A stretch of 43,784 nucleotides of DNA from an uncultured Desulfocurvus sp. (GCA_964645095.1 CAZXZF010000002.1:1-43784), one strand, 5' to 3'. Counted from the stretch's first letter, positions 28,701 through 37,659 are shown. Program-made: numbers and translations. The notes: generated from the sequence alone by a model not told the origin.

Positions 28701-31700
28701 TTCACTCCACAGAAAATACACGTTCTGGGTCCAGTGCACCGGGCACTCCAGGTGCTCCACCATGGTCTGGCGGATAGTCGCCCCGTCCATCGGGAAGAGG
28801 CCCTTGAGCACATTAGACAGGACAGGAATGGAGGGGGGGCTAAACGTGATTCCGGCCAGGAAGGCTGCAAACTCTTCACGGATGATGCGCATCACCGGCG
28901 AGTGGAAGGCCATGCTGACCTCGAGCAGGGTGGCCTGGCTGCCCTTGGCCCTGAGTTCATCCACCAGGGCTCGCACCGAGGCTTCCTCGCCGCCCACGAC
29001 CACTTGCTTCGGCGTGTTGTAGTTGGTGATGACCACGCCGGGATGCTTGGCCAGTTTCCATTGCAGAACATCCGCGGGCAGGCCGATGGCGGCCATGACG
29101 CTGGTGGCTTCGGCCTGCTTAGCGGCCTTGGCCATGCAGCGCGCACGCATGTCGACGATGCGGAAGGCGTCTTCAGGTGTAAGCACTCCGGCCACAGTGA
29201 GGGCTGTGAATTCGCCCAGGCTGTGCCCGGCCACTGCAGCAGGCTTGACGCCGAAGGCCAGCAATTGGCTGGCCAGTGCATATTCGAAGGCGAACAGGGC
29301 CGGCTGCTGCCAGCGCGTGTCGCGCAGGGTGTCCTCGTCAGTGTCGAAAAGCAGAGCGGTGAGGTCGTAGTCCACGCAGGATGTCAGGCGCTGTAGGCTC
29401 TGCGCGGCGATGGGATATGCGTGGCAGATGTCGCGGCCCATGCCCTTGTAGAACGTGCCCTGCCCGGAGAATATCAGGGCCAGGGGCTGGGTCGGCTCGT
29501 CGGCTGGCGCGAGGAAGATGCCCTTGCGGCTAAGCCGCATCTGGGCAGCCGAGGTGAGGCCTTCGGCCACGCTGCTGCGCACGAGATCGTTCGCCCTTGC
29601 GGGCGCGCCGCAAAAACCCAGGCGGTAGTCGCGGCCGTCCACGCTAGTGGTGAGGAAACATACTTCCGACGGCACCTTGCTGTCGTTGTCCTCGGGCAGC
29701 TCAAATGGGATATCCGGCAACTCGACAGGGGCTTCCACCTGGACCACAACGCAGGCCCCGCCAAAGCCGAATGCGTTGACCTGCATGCGCCGTCCGCGTG
29801 ACTCTTGCCGGGGCCAGGGCTCGGCCTTCTGCAGCACTCGGAAGCCCGCTGCATCCATGTTCATCGCCGGGTCCGGATTGGTGAAGTTGTTTGTGGGCGG
29901 ATAAAATCCGCGGTGCATGGCCCCGATGCCCCGGATGAGGCTTGATACGCCCGAGGCGCCCAGAGTGTGCCCGATCTGTGACTTGAAAGACGAAAGCACG
30001 GTGCTCCCCGGCTCTGGTTGGCCGGAGATCATGGCGACAAGGGCTCGCGCCTCCTCGCGGTCACCCTGGCTGGTGCCTGTGCCGTGGCACTCCACTAAGT
30101 CCACCTCGTCAAGGCCGTAGCCCGCATCGGAATACGAGGCCTCCAGGGCGAGCATCTGCGACTCGGCCACGGATTCCACAATGCCCTGATGGTTGGTGCA
30201 GGCGCCCACGCCAGTGATGAGGGCATGGATGGAGGCGCCGCGTTCCCGTGCTAGGCTCTCTCGCTCCAGCACCACCACGGCTCCGCCTTCACCCAGCACG
30301 AAGCCGTCGCGGTCGCGGTCGAAGGGGCGGCTGTATTCGGCCGGGGTGCGCAGCATGTCGTCCATGCCGGCTAGGGCGCGCAGGGCGGAAAATTCCAAGT
30401 AGTGCACCGGGGTGAGGAGCTCTTCCCCGCCGCCGACCACGGCGGCGTCGATGACCCCGGCGCGTATGAGCAGCACGGCGTTGTAGAGCGCGATGAGGCT
30501 GGAGGCGCAGGCCGCGCCCACGGAGTAGCTGGGCCCGCCGAAGCCGAACTGGTTGCAGATGTGGCCCGAGGCCGTGCAGTTGAGCCGCCCGATGAGGGTG
30601 GTGTCATCCACGACCAGGCCTTCCTTGACAAGCTCGCGCACCACGGCGGCGTGCTGTTCCGCTGTCAGTTCCGCCGCGCGCCAGGCGATTTCGCCGATCT
30701 CGTTGGCGTAGGTGTTGAATAGCTGGCTGCGCACGGTGCTGGCCACCTCGGCGGAGTTTTGGGAGGTCAGCACGGCCACCCGCGAGCCCGGCACCAGGGA
30801 CTTCGCCAGACCCGAGGCCTCGATGGTCCGCCGGGCCAAGAGCAGCGTCAGCTTGGTGGACATGGACATGGTGCGGTAGTCCTGAGGCGAGACGCCCAGA
30901 GCCTTGCGCGGAAGATCCACGTTCATGAATGCGCCCACGTTGGTATAGGTGGTGCCCTGCTGCACTTGATTTGGAGAGTGATAGCGCGAGTGGTCCCAAC
31001 GGCCCTTGGGCACTGTGCCGATGCCGCTCCTGCCAGCCAGGGAGGCCCTGATGATGGCGTCCATGTCGTCGCCCAGAGAGTTGGCCAGGGCCATGCCAGT
31101 GATGGCGATACGCTCGCGCTGACTGGCTTGGCCGGAGAACCGGTCCGACAGATGCGAGGCGGGTGCGGGCGTGGCCAGGGCGGCGGCGGAGGCAATGGCC
31201 GCATGCAGTGCTGCCAAAGTACGGACGCTGTCCACATTGGCGGCCACGGCGCCGCTCATGAATTGGCCTTCGGCGCGGCACTCCTCGGGTGTCAGGGGCA
31301 CGCCGTCGGGCTGGCGCAGGCCTTTGGCCGCGACCAGCAATGAGCCTACGCTTAATTTCTCGAGTTTCTTGCGGAAGGCTGCCTCGTCCAGGTCGCTCTT
31401 GTCGCTTCCCCGCTCCAGCGCGCAGATGGCCTGCACCTTGGGCGTGTTCAGCGCGCGTACGCGTAGCCCCACACTCTCTCCGGAAATGCGCGTGGAGCCG
31501 AGCTCCGCAGCCAAGATTTCCCGCTGGTAGACGGGACTCAAAGCGCTGGTGGAAACGATCTCATCGGTTGCCAGGTACACCGTGCCCATTTGGATGGCGT
31601 CCGCGCCAAGCAGGGCCGCGCGCAGGGCGCTTGGACCATCGCAGATGCCTCCGGCCAGCACGATGCGGGCGTCGCGGAACAGGCCAGGCTCCGTGCGGCG

Positions 31701-33125
31701 CAGCATAAGCGTCTCCTGAGCCAGTTCCAGTAAGGTGCGGCGTCCCACGTGGCCGCCGGCTTCTGAGCCTTCAATCACCACGAAGCGCACTCCGTCCATA
31801 AGGGCTAGGCGCAGGAGCCCGATGTCCGCCGCCAGATAGATGACCTCATGCCCCTGCTTTCGCAGATTCCCGGCAAAAGCCGGGTCTCCGGCGGCAACAG
31901 TGATGAAGGGAGGACGGTGGGCGCTCAGCCAACTCAGTTGCTCGTCCCGGTGTGGGTTCTCGGCCAGAACCAGTACATTCAGGGCATAGGGGCGTCCCTG
32001 CAGGGTTTCTGCCAACTGGCCGAAATCTTGGTCCAGCATCGCCTGCGTGCGCATGCCCACCGCCAGGGTGGGCAGGGCGCCAGAGTCGGCCACGGCCAGA
32101 GCGAAATCCGTGGAGTCGCTGATCCAGGACATGGCGCCCTGGATGATAGGCAGTCGGACACCCATTTCGCGGGCCGCCGCGCCGCGCAGGAAGCGCTTGA
32201 AGATCAGAACTGCGTCGGCCCACAGGCGCAAGGCCTCAGTTGTAAAACGGTTGAGCGCTGGCCCTGTGGCCAGGCCGAAGCGTTGGGTGAAGCCTGCGGC
32301 AAAGGGCGCATCCGCTCCAAAGGGTACCAGCTCGTCAGCGCTCAGGGAACAGGCGGCTAGGGAGCGGGCTTCGGCGCGGACAGTCTGGATGGCCTCAGAG
32401 GTAGGCAATTCGCGTAGGCGGCGAACAGCCTGGGAGTTGCCCCGGTCAAAAAACCGCCATTGCAGGCCAAAAGCGGATGGCACTGTGGAGCTGGTTTCTG
32501 GCTTGAGAGCTGTGATTTTCTCGCTCAATCCCTTGTCCAGGCCCATGTCCGTGGTGAGCCAGTGTGCGTGCTCCACCACCACGGCGACCGCGCCGGTTGC
32601 CAGGAAGGCTGCTGCGGCTTCCGGGGTGGCCATGCCGCCCCAGATCATGATGGGCAGGTTTGAGCCCGCGAATCTGCGGCGAGCGTTGTCGAAAAGAATG
32701 CCCGCGCTCTCGGTGCTGCCGAGGCCAGCCGCTTCGCAGGATTTGAGGGCGACGGCGGCCAGGGCCGAGGGCGTGCGGGCAAGAGTTGCAGCGCAGTCCA
32801 GGTCACCGGTGACGAGGACGATGGCGCTTCCGGGCTGCACCGCCGCCAGGGCCAACTGGAAGGTGTCGAACTCAATGCCATCGACGTCGGGGTGGTATTC
32901 CACAAAGGTGGGACTACTTGCAGATGCGCAAGCATGAGCTGAGGCGCAAAAGGTGGCCGCGTCGAGCAGTGTCGGGCCTGCGGCCTGTAACTTCGGGCCT
33001 GCGGCCTGTAACTTCGGGCCTTGACTGCGATGGTCAAGCAACCACCCAGCCTCGGGACACAGGGTATCCGGCGGAATAATGCCGCCAGCAGGCAAAAGGA
33101 AGTAAACATTCTGTAGCATAATCAC
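25779..33125 (-). CDS. Single-module iterative type I FAS/PKS: pseudo-ER, FabK/NMO-like ER, KS, AT, ACP, KR, DH
   Basis: FabK-like 'PIIQGAM..EGSEAGGHVG..AGGI..GADAIQMGT' (~32165-31190). KS 'GAACASS','ECHGTGT','KSQIGHT' (~31120-29730). AT 'FSGQG','GHSLGE','AFHS' (~29490-28550). ACP 'DLAIRSS' (~28410-28190). KR 'AGAKGVT','HGAGLLRD','GQGNYCCAN' (~27500-26800). DH 'WLPEH...P' (~26680-25830). Alternative ATG at 33119. Confidence 0.92.
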   Translation of the reverse strand: MIMLQNVYFLLPAGGIIPPDTLCPEAGWLLDHRSQGPKLQAAGPKLQAAGPTLLDAATFCASAHACASASSPTFVEYHPDVDGIEFDTFQLALAAVQPGSAIVLVTGDLDCAATLARTPSALAAVALKSCEAAGLGSTESAGILFDNARRRFAGSNLPIMIWGGMATPEAAAAFLATGAVAVVVEHAHWLTTDMGLDKGLSEKITALKPETSSTVPSAFGLQWRFFDRGNSQAVRRLRELPTSEAIQTVRAEARSLAACSLSADELVPFGADAPFAAGFTQRFGLATGPALNRFTTEALRLWADAVLIFKRFLRGAAAREMGVRLPIIQGAMSWISDSTDFALAVADSGALPTLAVGMRTQAMLDQDFGQLAETLQGRPYALNVLVLAENPHRDEQLSWLSAHRPPFITVAAGDPAFAGNLRKQGHEVIYLAADIGLLRLALMDGVRFVVIEGSEAGGHVGRRTLLELAQETLMLRRTEPGLFRDARIVLAGGICDGPSALRAALLGADAIQMGTVYLATDEIVSTSALSPVYQREILAAELGSTRISGESVGLRVRALNTPKVQAICALERGSDKSDLDEAAFRKKLEKLSVGSLLVAAKGLRQPDGVPLTPEECRAEGQFMSGAVAANVDSVRTLAALHAAIASAAALATPAPASHLSDRFSGQASQRERIAITGMALANSLGDDMDAIIRASLAGRSGIGTVPKGRWDHSRYHSPNQVQQGTTYTNVGAFMNVDLPRKALGVSPQDYRTMSMSTKLTLLLARRTIEASGLAKSLVPGSRVAVLTSQNSAEVASTVRSQLFNTYANEIGEIAWRAAELTAEQHAAVVRELVKEGLVVDDTTLIGRLNCTASGHICNQFGFGGPSYSVGAACASSLIALYNAVLLIRAGVIDAAVVGGGEELLTPVHYLEFSALRALAGMDDMLRTPAEYSRPFDRDRDGFVLGEGGAVVVLERESLARERGASIHALITGVGACTNHQGIVESVAESQMLALEASYSDAGYGLDEVDLVECHGTGTSQGDREEARALVAMISGQPEPGSTVLSSFKSQIGHTLGASGVSSLIRGIGAMHRGFYPPTNNFTNPDPAMNMDAAGFRVLQKAEPWPRQESRGRRMQVNAFGFGGACVVVQVEAPVELPDIPFELPEDNDSKVPSEVCFLTTSVDGRDYRLGFCGAPARANDLVRSSVAEGLTSAAQMRLSRKGIFLAPADEPTQPLALIFSGQGTFYKGMGRDICHAYPIAAQSLQRLTSCVDYDLTALLFDTDEDTLRDTRWQQPALFAFEYALASQLLAFGVKPAAVAGHSLGEFTALTVAGVLTPEDAFRIVDMRARCMAKAAKQAEATSVMAAIGLPADVLQWKLAKHPGVVITNYNTPKQVVVGGEEASVRALVDELRAKGSQATLLEVSMAFHSPVMRIIREEFAAFLAGITFSPPSIPVLSNVLKGLFPMDGATIRQTMVEHLECPVHWTQNVYFLWSELCIRRFVEVGPDAVLCNLVRNIEGEAQTVRTASREEETQTFGSALANLFAWGDLTPPVPPAFLDLGRHNAADATPATALADHKTQPMQQDPTADQNVLERTIRIIMDATGYERSEIEPDMDMRQDLAIRSSRLPVIMDMAERAFGLSFRIEDFIGVHSVRQMADHIETLLSAGEAQIAKIVTASAVKHAVPVQAQVTRASLLPVARYEAVETPLATGQPVNLGDLSGKPAWVLGTEDSATLEAIAQVLSSTHGLTPNTGGLDQAPVSGDRTACLVLALEHGTVAPDAIDELLLHCFRRLKEFLASPARKACVLVLRDAPHGAPERVVFEGVLGMLLTLAQEYGSLAWRALRVAEDVDLPRAVIQTLTVPGPVERMVRASLMSTPLYVPVPLAEACAKGAALGRGDVVLVSAGAKGVTYHVLETLAPLGVHLVLLGRSPSGETEAGAVARLTELGASAEYLPCDVADQAAVDKVATDVAARMGHIDGIIHGAGLLRDKFLSMMTEDDFQVVCRVKLGGLRNLVNAASPHGLRLGVAFSSVAAWQGNVGQGNYCCANRAMASLLAGLESAAFTPKVLWLPPVAGVGMADNQDIREMMELKDLGQAYVHIDELAPIAAREIAAPEASGPSVLIARHMPQTTTVEPLRLPKSDAEAGLVLPVGSLPMLDTALLAELTPQKAVCIRRISHERDLWLPEHRPYQALRAPLFSAVMVVETICEAALALYPYLTPLGVRDMRFLDMLPCPAGQSRNLMITVTCAGNEAGLVLVDALLESEDVSPKGRSLGRFTANFAGRVVLGTANTHFVPLPDFGAETSLDHATSAGPDVLLRQYENLTAQTGRYRVIQEVAGTSADSIRGTMLYRLSHDIAGTSAPLSTSPYLLEALMQLVLFHGLLRPGDKALGLLPVGIGSMRFARLCQDAEVLTLEARLREVTSSMQVWDACAFDAKAQPLMQVEGLIMRALTPQPEGTGPHEGQR
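32972..33021. repeat. 21-nt perfect tandem repeat (about 2.4 copies) in the PKS 5' end
   Basis: tcgggcctgcggcctgtaact twice, then tcgggcct; encodes GPKLQAA-GPKLQAA-GP. Confidence 0.95.
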
Positions 33126-33347
33126 AGCACCTATTGGGTATCGGCATTTCTGGACGTATTACGTTCGCCGCTTGATCTTTTGCTGAACATCTGATTTGGA
33201 ACCCCGACCGCAAAGGGCTGGTTTTTGTTGGCCAACATAATTAGGATATCTGTGAGGCGTACGGAGTGAAGTGCAGTCTTTGTAACCCAGATACGGCCAA
33301 TCGGTGTCCTTAAATTCATAGCACTCAAGCATTCGGCCTATCAAGAC

Positions 33348-33375
33348 AAAAGAATAGGGTGCCGAAGCCTACCCT
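33348..33375 (-). terminator. Possible terminator between the priming transferase and PKS genes
   Basis: Minus strand AGGGT-(AG)-GC-TTCG-GC-ACCCT followed by ATTCTTTT: a bulged stem with a cUUCGg loop. Confidence 0.35.
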
Positions 33376-33496
33376 TTGCTGCAAGTCCCTGCACAGGTCT
33401 TGTGCGCCTGCAAACCTTCAAGTTCAGTGTGCCGGGAGCGGTGGCAGCCTCGGGGGCTCGCTTGAGTAAGGACGATCACAGGACTTCAGAAACTCG

Positions 33497-34987
33497 CTAT
33501 GCTGTTCCGGAGAAGTCGAATACTGCGGCCGGGGTTTTGAGCAGGATGTGCATGTCGAGCCAGAATGACCAGTTTCTGATGTAGTATACGTCGCATTCCA
33601 CCCTCTCGGCATAGGTGAGTCGGCTGCGACCGGAAACTTGCCACAACCCGGTGAGTCCTGGCCGCACTTGGTTCACGAATTGGAAGCGTCCGTTGTAGAA
33701 CGGAATCTCCACGGCCATGATGGGCCTTGGCCCGATGAGACTCATTTCCCCACGCAGCACGTTGATCAACTGGGGTAGTTCATCAAGGCTGGAGTGTCGT
33801 AGAATTCTGCCAACATTTGTAATGCGGGGGTCGTTCGGTAGCTTGCGGTGCACTTCCCAAAGCTTTCGCAGCAGAGGGTCTTTATCCAGGGTCGCCTTCA
33901 GGATGGCTTCGGAATTCGGGTACATGGTGCGGAACTTAAGGGCGAAAAAGTCTTTGCCGTTTTTGCCCACGCGCCTGTGCTGGTAAAGCAGGGGGCCGGG
34001 ATCCTCCAGCCAGATGCAGAGAGCGATAAACAGAAACACGGGTGTCAGGCAGAGAAGGAGCAAGGCTGAAAGGAAGAGGTCAGTGATGGTCTTGAGGAGC
34101 ATACGCTTGCTATCCAGTAGCCGCTGCATGGCCTCCAGGCCCAGCATGGTGCCTATGTCCACTGTCTTGGCCCAGAGGTTTCCCATGTTGAGGGTCTCGT
34201 GCAGGATGATGATGCGTCCAAAGAGGTGTTCCGCCTTGCCCAGGATTTCCGCAGTTTTGGCTCCGGGGATGGCGTGGGCCAGGAAAACGAAGATCGAATC
34301 CGGGTGTCGTCGCGCCGCGTGGTCGAGCCAATCCGGACCGCTGAGGGTGGGAACTCCGTGCTCCTTGGAGCCCTTGGCGTTCTTAGGATCATGGAAGATC
34401 AACAGGGAGGGCCGCAGGCACGAGCTCAGGTTTCGAAGCACCCTTCTCAGGTGGTTCGGATCATAGTCCTTGTAGATGTAGAAGACGGTTCTGTAACCCC
34501 ACCACGCGCATTTGCCGCACCAGGAACGAACGGCGATGCGCCCGGCGGGAATGGCCACGAGCATGAGTAGCCCACCGATGAGCAGAATGCCGCGGGAGTA
34601 GGAGTACTGAGTGCGGATCCAGAACGTGGTGGCGGTAAAGATGAGTACGAAGAGCAGCGCCCCCATGGTGCATCTCTTCAATTCGATGGGGGGGGATAGC
34701 AGTACGTTGTATGAGCCGAGAAAGGCATTCAGCAAAAGGTGGATGAAAACAACCGGGAACATGGAGAAATAGTCGGTCGCAGTAAAGACGCCACCAAGAA
34801 TTAACCGCAAATACACACTTAAGGCCCATGTGCAGGTCAGAACAACTAGGTCCATGAGCGCCAGCGAGATAGACATCGTCCATGCCGGAACCACTGCACA
34901 ATCCAAATGTCCGTCCAGAATCATCATGTCCGGCTTCTTGTCTGATTGGAGAGAGCCAGTTCGTGGCTTAGTGGCGTGTGGTTTCAT
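33497..34987 (-). CDS. Undecaprenyl-phosphate sugar-1-phosphate (priming) transferase, WbaP/WcaJ family
   Basis: Four N-terminal TMs. C-terminal domain with 'KTITDL', 'RVGKNG..F..LKFRTM', 'DPRIT.VGR.LR.SSLDELPQLINVLRGEMSLIGPRP', 'PGLTGLWQVSGRS'. Confidence 0.93.
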   Translation of the reverse strand: MKPHATKPRTGSLQSDKKPDMMILDGHLDCAVVPAWTMSISLALMDLVVLTCTWALSVYLRLILGGVFTATDYFSMFPVVFIHLLLNAFLGSYNVLLSPPIELKRCTMGALLFVLIFTATTFWIRTQYSYSRGILLIGGLLMLVAIPAGRIAVRSWCGKCAWWGYRTVFYIYKDYDPNHLRRVLRNLSSCLRPSLLIFHDPKNAKGSKEHGVPTLSGPDWLDHAARRHPDSIFVFLAHAIPGAKTAEILGKAEHLFGRIIILHETLNMGNLWAKTVDIGTMLGLEAMQRLLDSKRMLLKTITDLFLSALLLLCLTPVFLFIALCIWLEDPGPLLYQHRRVGKNGKDFFALKFRTMYPNSEAILKATLDKDPLLRKLWEVHRKLPNDPRITNVGRILRHSSLDELPQLINVLRGEMSLIGPRPIMAVEIPFYNGRFQFVNQVRPGLTGLWQVSGRSRLTYAERVECDVYYIRNWSFWLDMHILLKTPAAVFDFSGTA

Positions 34988-35109
34988 CTTACTGTGACAC
35001 TCCCCGTGCCTGGACCGGTGTATGATTCCAGAAGTTTCGTTGGCTGAGGGGGGCGGAGAGCTCTATCGTGCAGGTCGGTCCCCCCGGAAAACCCTCTTCT
35101 CTTGTCTTC

Positions 35110-36279
35110 TTAGATCTTGCAGGCCGTCTTAAGGTCGGCGGCGGCGTCGGTCTTTTCCCAGGTGAACTCTGGCAGCTCGCGGCCAAAGTGGCCGTAGTTG
35201 GTGGTCAGCCGGTAGATGGGTCGGCGCAGGTCTAGACGCTTCAGGATGTAGTACGGACGCAGGTCGAACACCTCGCGCACGGCCTTGGTCAGCACGTCAT
35301 CCTCCACCTGGCCGGTGCCGTGGGTGGTGCAGACGACGGAGACGGGCTCGGCCACGCCGATGGCGTAGGCGATCTGGACCTCGGCGATGTCGCCCAGGCC
35401 CGCGGCCACGATGTTCTTGGCCACGTAACGGGCCATGTACGCTCCGGAGCGGTCCACCTTGGAGGGGTCCTTGCCGGAGAAGGCGCCGCCGCCGTGCGCG
35501 CCAGCGCCGCCGTAGGTATCCTGGATGATCTTGCGGCCGGTGAGGCCGCAGTCGCCCACGGGACCGCCGATGACGAACCGACCGGTGGGGTTGACGTAGA
35601 TCTTCAGCTTGTCGTCGATGAGGTGCTTGGGCAGCGTGTGGAAGATGACTTCCTTCTTGATGGCCTCGACCAGATCTGCGTGGTTGATGCTCTCGTCATG
35701 CTGGGCGGAGCACACCACGTTGTCGATGCGCACGGGCTTGCCCTTTTCGTACTCGACCGCCACCTGGGTCTTGCCGTCGGGGCGCAGGAACTTCAGGATG
35801 CCCTGCTTGCGGACGTAGGTCAGGCGCTGGGAAAGCTGGTGCGCGTAGTAGATGGGCGCAGGCATCAGCGTGGGGGTCTCGTTGCTGGCAAAACCGAACA
35901 TCATGCCCTGGTCGCCGGCGCCCTGGTCCTCGGGTTTGGTGCGGTCCACGCCCTGGGCGATGTCGGCGCTCTGCTTGTCGATGGAGGACATGACCGCGCA
36001 GGTGGCGTAGTCGTAGCCCATCTCGGAGCTGTTGTAGCCGATTTCCTTCACGGTCTCGCGCACGATGGTCGGCAGGTCGGCGTAGGCCTTGGTGGTGATC
36101 TCGCCGGCGATGAAGGCCATGCCGGTGGTGACCAGGGTTTCACAGGCCACGCGCGAGTCGGGGTCCGGGCCGATGAGGGCGTCGAGCACGGCGTCGGAGA
36201 TGGCGTCAGCGACCTTGTCCGGGTGTCCCTCGGTGACGGACTCGGACGTGAACATGTAACGGCTTTTCGGTGAAATCAT
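35110..36279 (-). CDS. metK: S-adenosylmethionine synthetase
   Basis: '[13 protein letters not shown]', 'GAGDQG', 'RPDGKTQV', 'GLTGRKII', '[17 protein letters not shown]'; GGAGG RBS. Confidence 0.98.
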   Translation of the reverse strand: MISPKSRYMFTSESVTEGHPDKVADAISDAVLDALIGPDPDSRVACETLVTTGMAFIAGEITTKAYADLPTIVRETVKEIGYNSSEMGYDYATCAVMSSIDKQSADIAQGVDRTKPEDQGAGDQGMMFGFASNETPTLMPAPIYYAHQLSQRLTYVRKQGILKFLRPDGKTQVAVEYEKGKPVRIDNVVCSAQHDESINHADLVEAIKKEVIFHTLPKHLIDDKLKIYVNPTGRFVIGGPVGDCGLTGRKIIQDTYGGAGAHGGGAFSGKDPSKVDRSGAYMARYVAKNIVAAGLGDIAEVQIAYAIGVAEPVSVVCTTHGTGQVEDDVLTKAVREVFDLRPYYILKRLDLRRPIYRLTTNYGHFGRELPEFTWEKTDAAADLKTACKI

Positions 36280-36546
36280 GCAAGTCCTCCAGTATATCAG
36301 GTAAGATTTGAATCAGCGGGCCGCCTCGGGTCTGTTGGCGGCATCCACACGTATCACCCTGGGCTTGTGTCCGGGAATCTCCTCAGGCTCAAGCTCCAGG
36401 TATGTCGCTAATATGACCTTCTGGCCACCGCGCCCTTGTGGACGGCCGCGCCGTTCAGGCAGATCTCGTCCGGACCGCCGGGATGGCGCTCACTGGCGTC
36501 CCGCGCAGTGTCGATCCGCTGTCTAACACCCGTCAAAGACTGCTGT

Positions 36547-37659
36547 CTATGGAGAATCGCATAGCGCTTCGGCGTAGAGCAGAGCTGTGGACCTAGCCAT
36601 GGCTTCGACACTGTAACTGGCGCCGGCCGTTTTCATTGCCGCGTCTGCAAGCGAACGCCACAGGACGGCATCCTTGTGCAGCCGGGCAATCCAGTCAGCC
36701 GCTGCCGCTGGAGTGTCCAGGGAGAATAGAAAGCCGGTGAGCCCATGCATCACTGCATCCCTGTTGCCGACCACATCCGTGGCGATGACGGGCACGCCCT
36801 CGGACATAGCCTCCAGAAGGGCCAGCGGCAATCCCTCCCAGCGTGACGTGGACAGGCAGCAGAAGGCCTCTTTCAGATACGGTCGCACGTCGTCAACCGC
36901 TCCAGCAAAGCGGAAATGAGCGACGAGGCCGTGCCGCTTGACCTCCTCCTCCACTCCAGGCCGTTGTGGCCCGTCGCCCAGCATCAGAAACTCGAAATAC
37001 TCCAGCCGACCACTTTGGCGCAGGGCCAGCGCCACGGCGATCACGGCCTCGCTGTTCTTCTGAACCGAGTCGAAGCGGGTGACGTGGACGATGGAGCGCC
37101 GCTGCTCCAGGGGCAGTTCGGAACCAGCGGACGGCTCTCGGCTGGCCACCCCGTTGGGGATAAGCCGGAGCCTGTCCGCTTTGCAGAAGCGAAGGGCCAA
37201 GATCTGCTCCCGCTCGCCAGGGGAGATGGTGATGCCCGCGCGGGTGAGGCGCCCGAGCAGGGCCTCCAGTTGGCAGTAGAACCACCAGGGGGCAGCGGTC
37301 ATGGAGCCTCTGTGGATGCCGTGGAAGGTATGCACACAGGGAATGCCGGTCAGCACGCGCGTGAGGCGAGCGTAAAGCCCTGCCCCCTTGCCGTGGGAGT
37401 GCAGGAGGTCGATGGAGTGCCGCCGCGAGTAGGAGGCGAGGCTCACCAGCGCGCCGAGGCGAAAGCTACGGTGCGGAAGGGCCAACATGCATTCCTCACC
37501 GACACAGTCGGAAAAGCGCTGCCAGTACGGGTAGTCTCTTGGGGCTGCAACATGTGACTCCACGCCGTGCCGTGCCAGCTGCCGCAGAAGCAGCCAGATA
37601 TGTTCGCTGCCTCCTCCGAACGTAGCGGACGCCGTCACATGGAGAACTTTCGGTTTCAC
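36547..37659 (-). CDS. GT4 glycosyltransferase
   Basis: From the GTG at 37659: 'KVLHV...GGGSEH', 'HSHG', 'HTFHG', 'SRWEGLPLALLEAM..GVPV'. The extra 340 codons in the ORF track overlap the next gene. Confidence 0.9.
   Translation of the reverse strand: MKPKVLHVTASATFGGGSEHIWLLLRQLARHGVESHVAAPRDYPYWQRFSDCVGEECMLALPHRSFRLGALVSLASYSRRHSIDLLHSHGKGAGLYARLTRVLTGIPCVHTFHGIHRGSMTAAPWWFYCQLEALLGRLTRAGITISPGEREQILALRFCKADRLRLIPNGVASREPSAGSELPLEQRRSIVHVTRFDSVQKNSEAVIAVALALRQSGRLEYFEFLMLGDGPQRPGVEEEVKRHGLVAHFRFAGAVDDVRPYLKEAFCCLSTSRWEGLPLALLEAMSEGVPVIATDVVGNRDAVMHGLTGFLFSLDTPAAAADWIARLHKDAVLWRSLADAAMKTAGASYSVEAMARSTALLYAEALCDSP

Noticed and set aside
25779-33125. PUFA (pfa) synthase cluster
   Set aside because: Only one ACP, and no PfaB/PfaC (KS-CLF, FabA-type DH) genes in the window.
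33131-33344. Two short minus-strand ORFs (65 and 61 aa) upstream of the PKS as a free ACP or leader peptide
   Set aside because: Neither has an acidic ACP-like sequence, a DS(L) motif or a clear RBS; more likely promoter or UTR sequence.
34688-34695. G8 tract in the priming transferase gene as a phase-variation site
   Set aside because: Short enough to arise by chance from Ser-Pro-Pro codons in high-GC DNA.
35320-36273. 317-aa plus-strand ORF
   Set aside because: Antisense shadow of metK caused by strong GC3 bias; no motifs.
36280-36546. SAM riboswitch or regulator site upstream of metK
   Set aside because: I could not identify conserved SAM riboswitch elements or a clean palindrome by eye; an Rfam scan would be needed.
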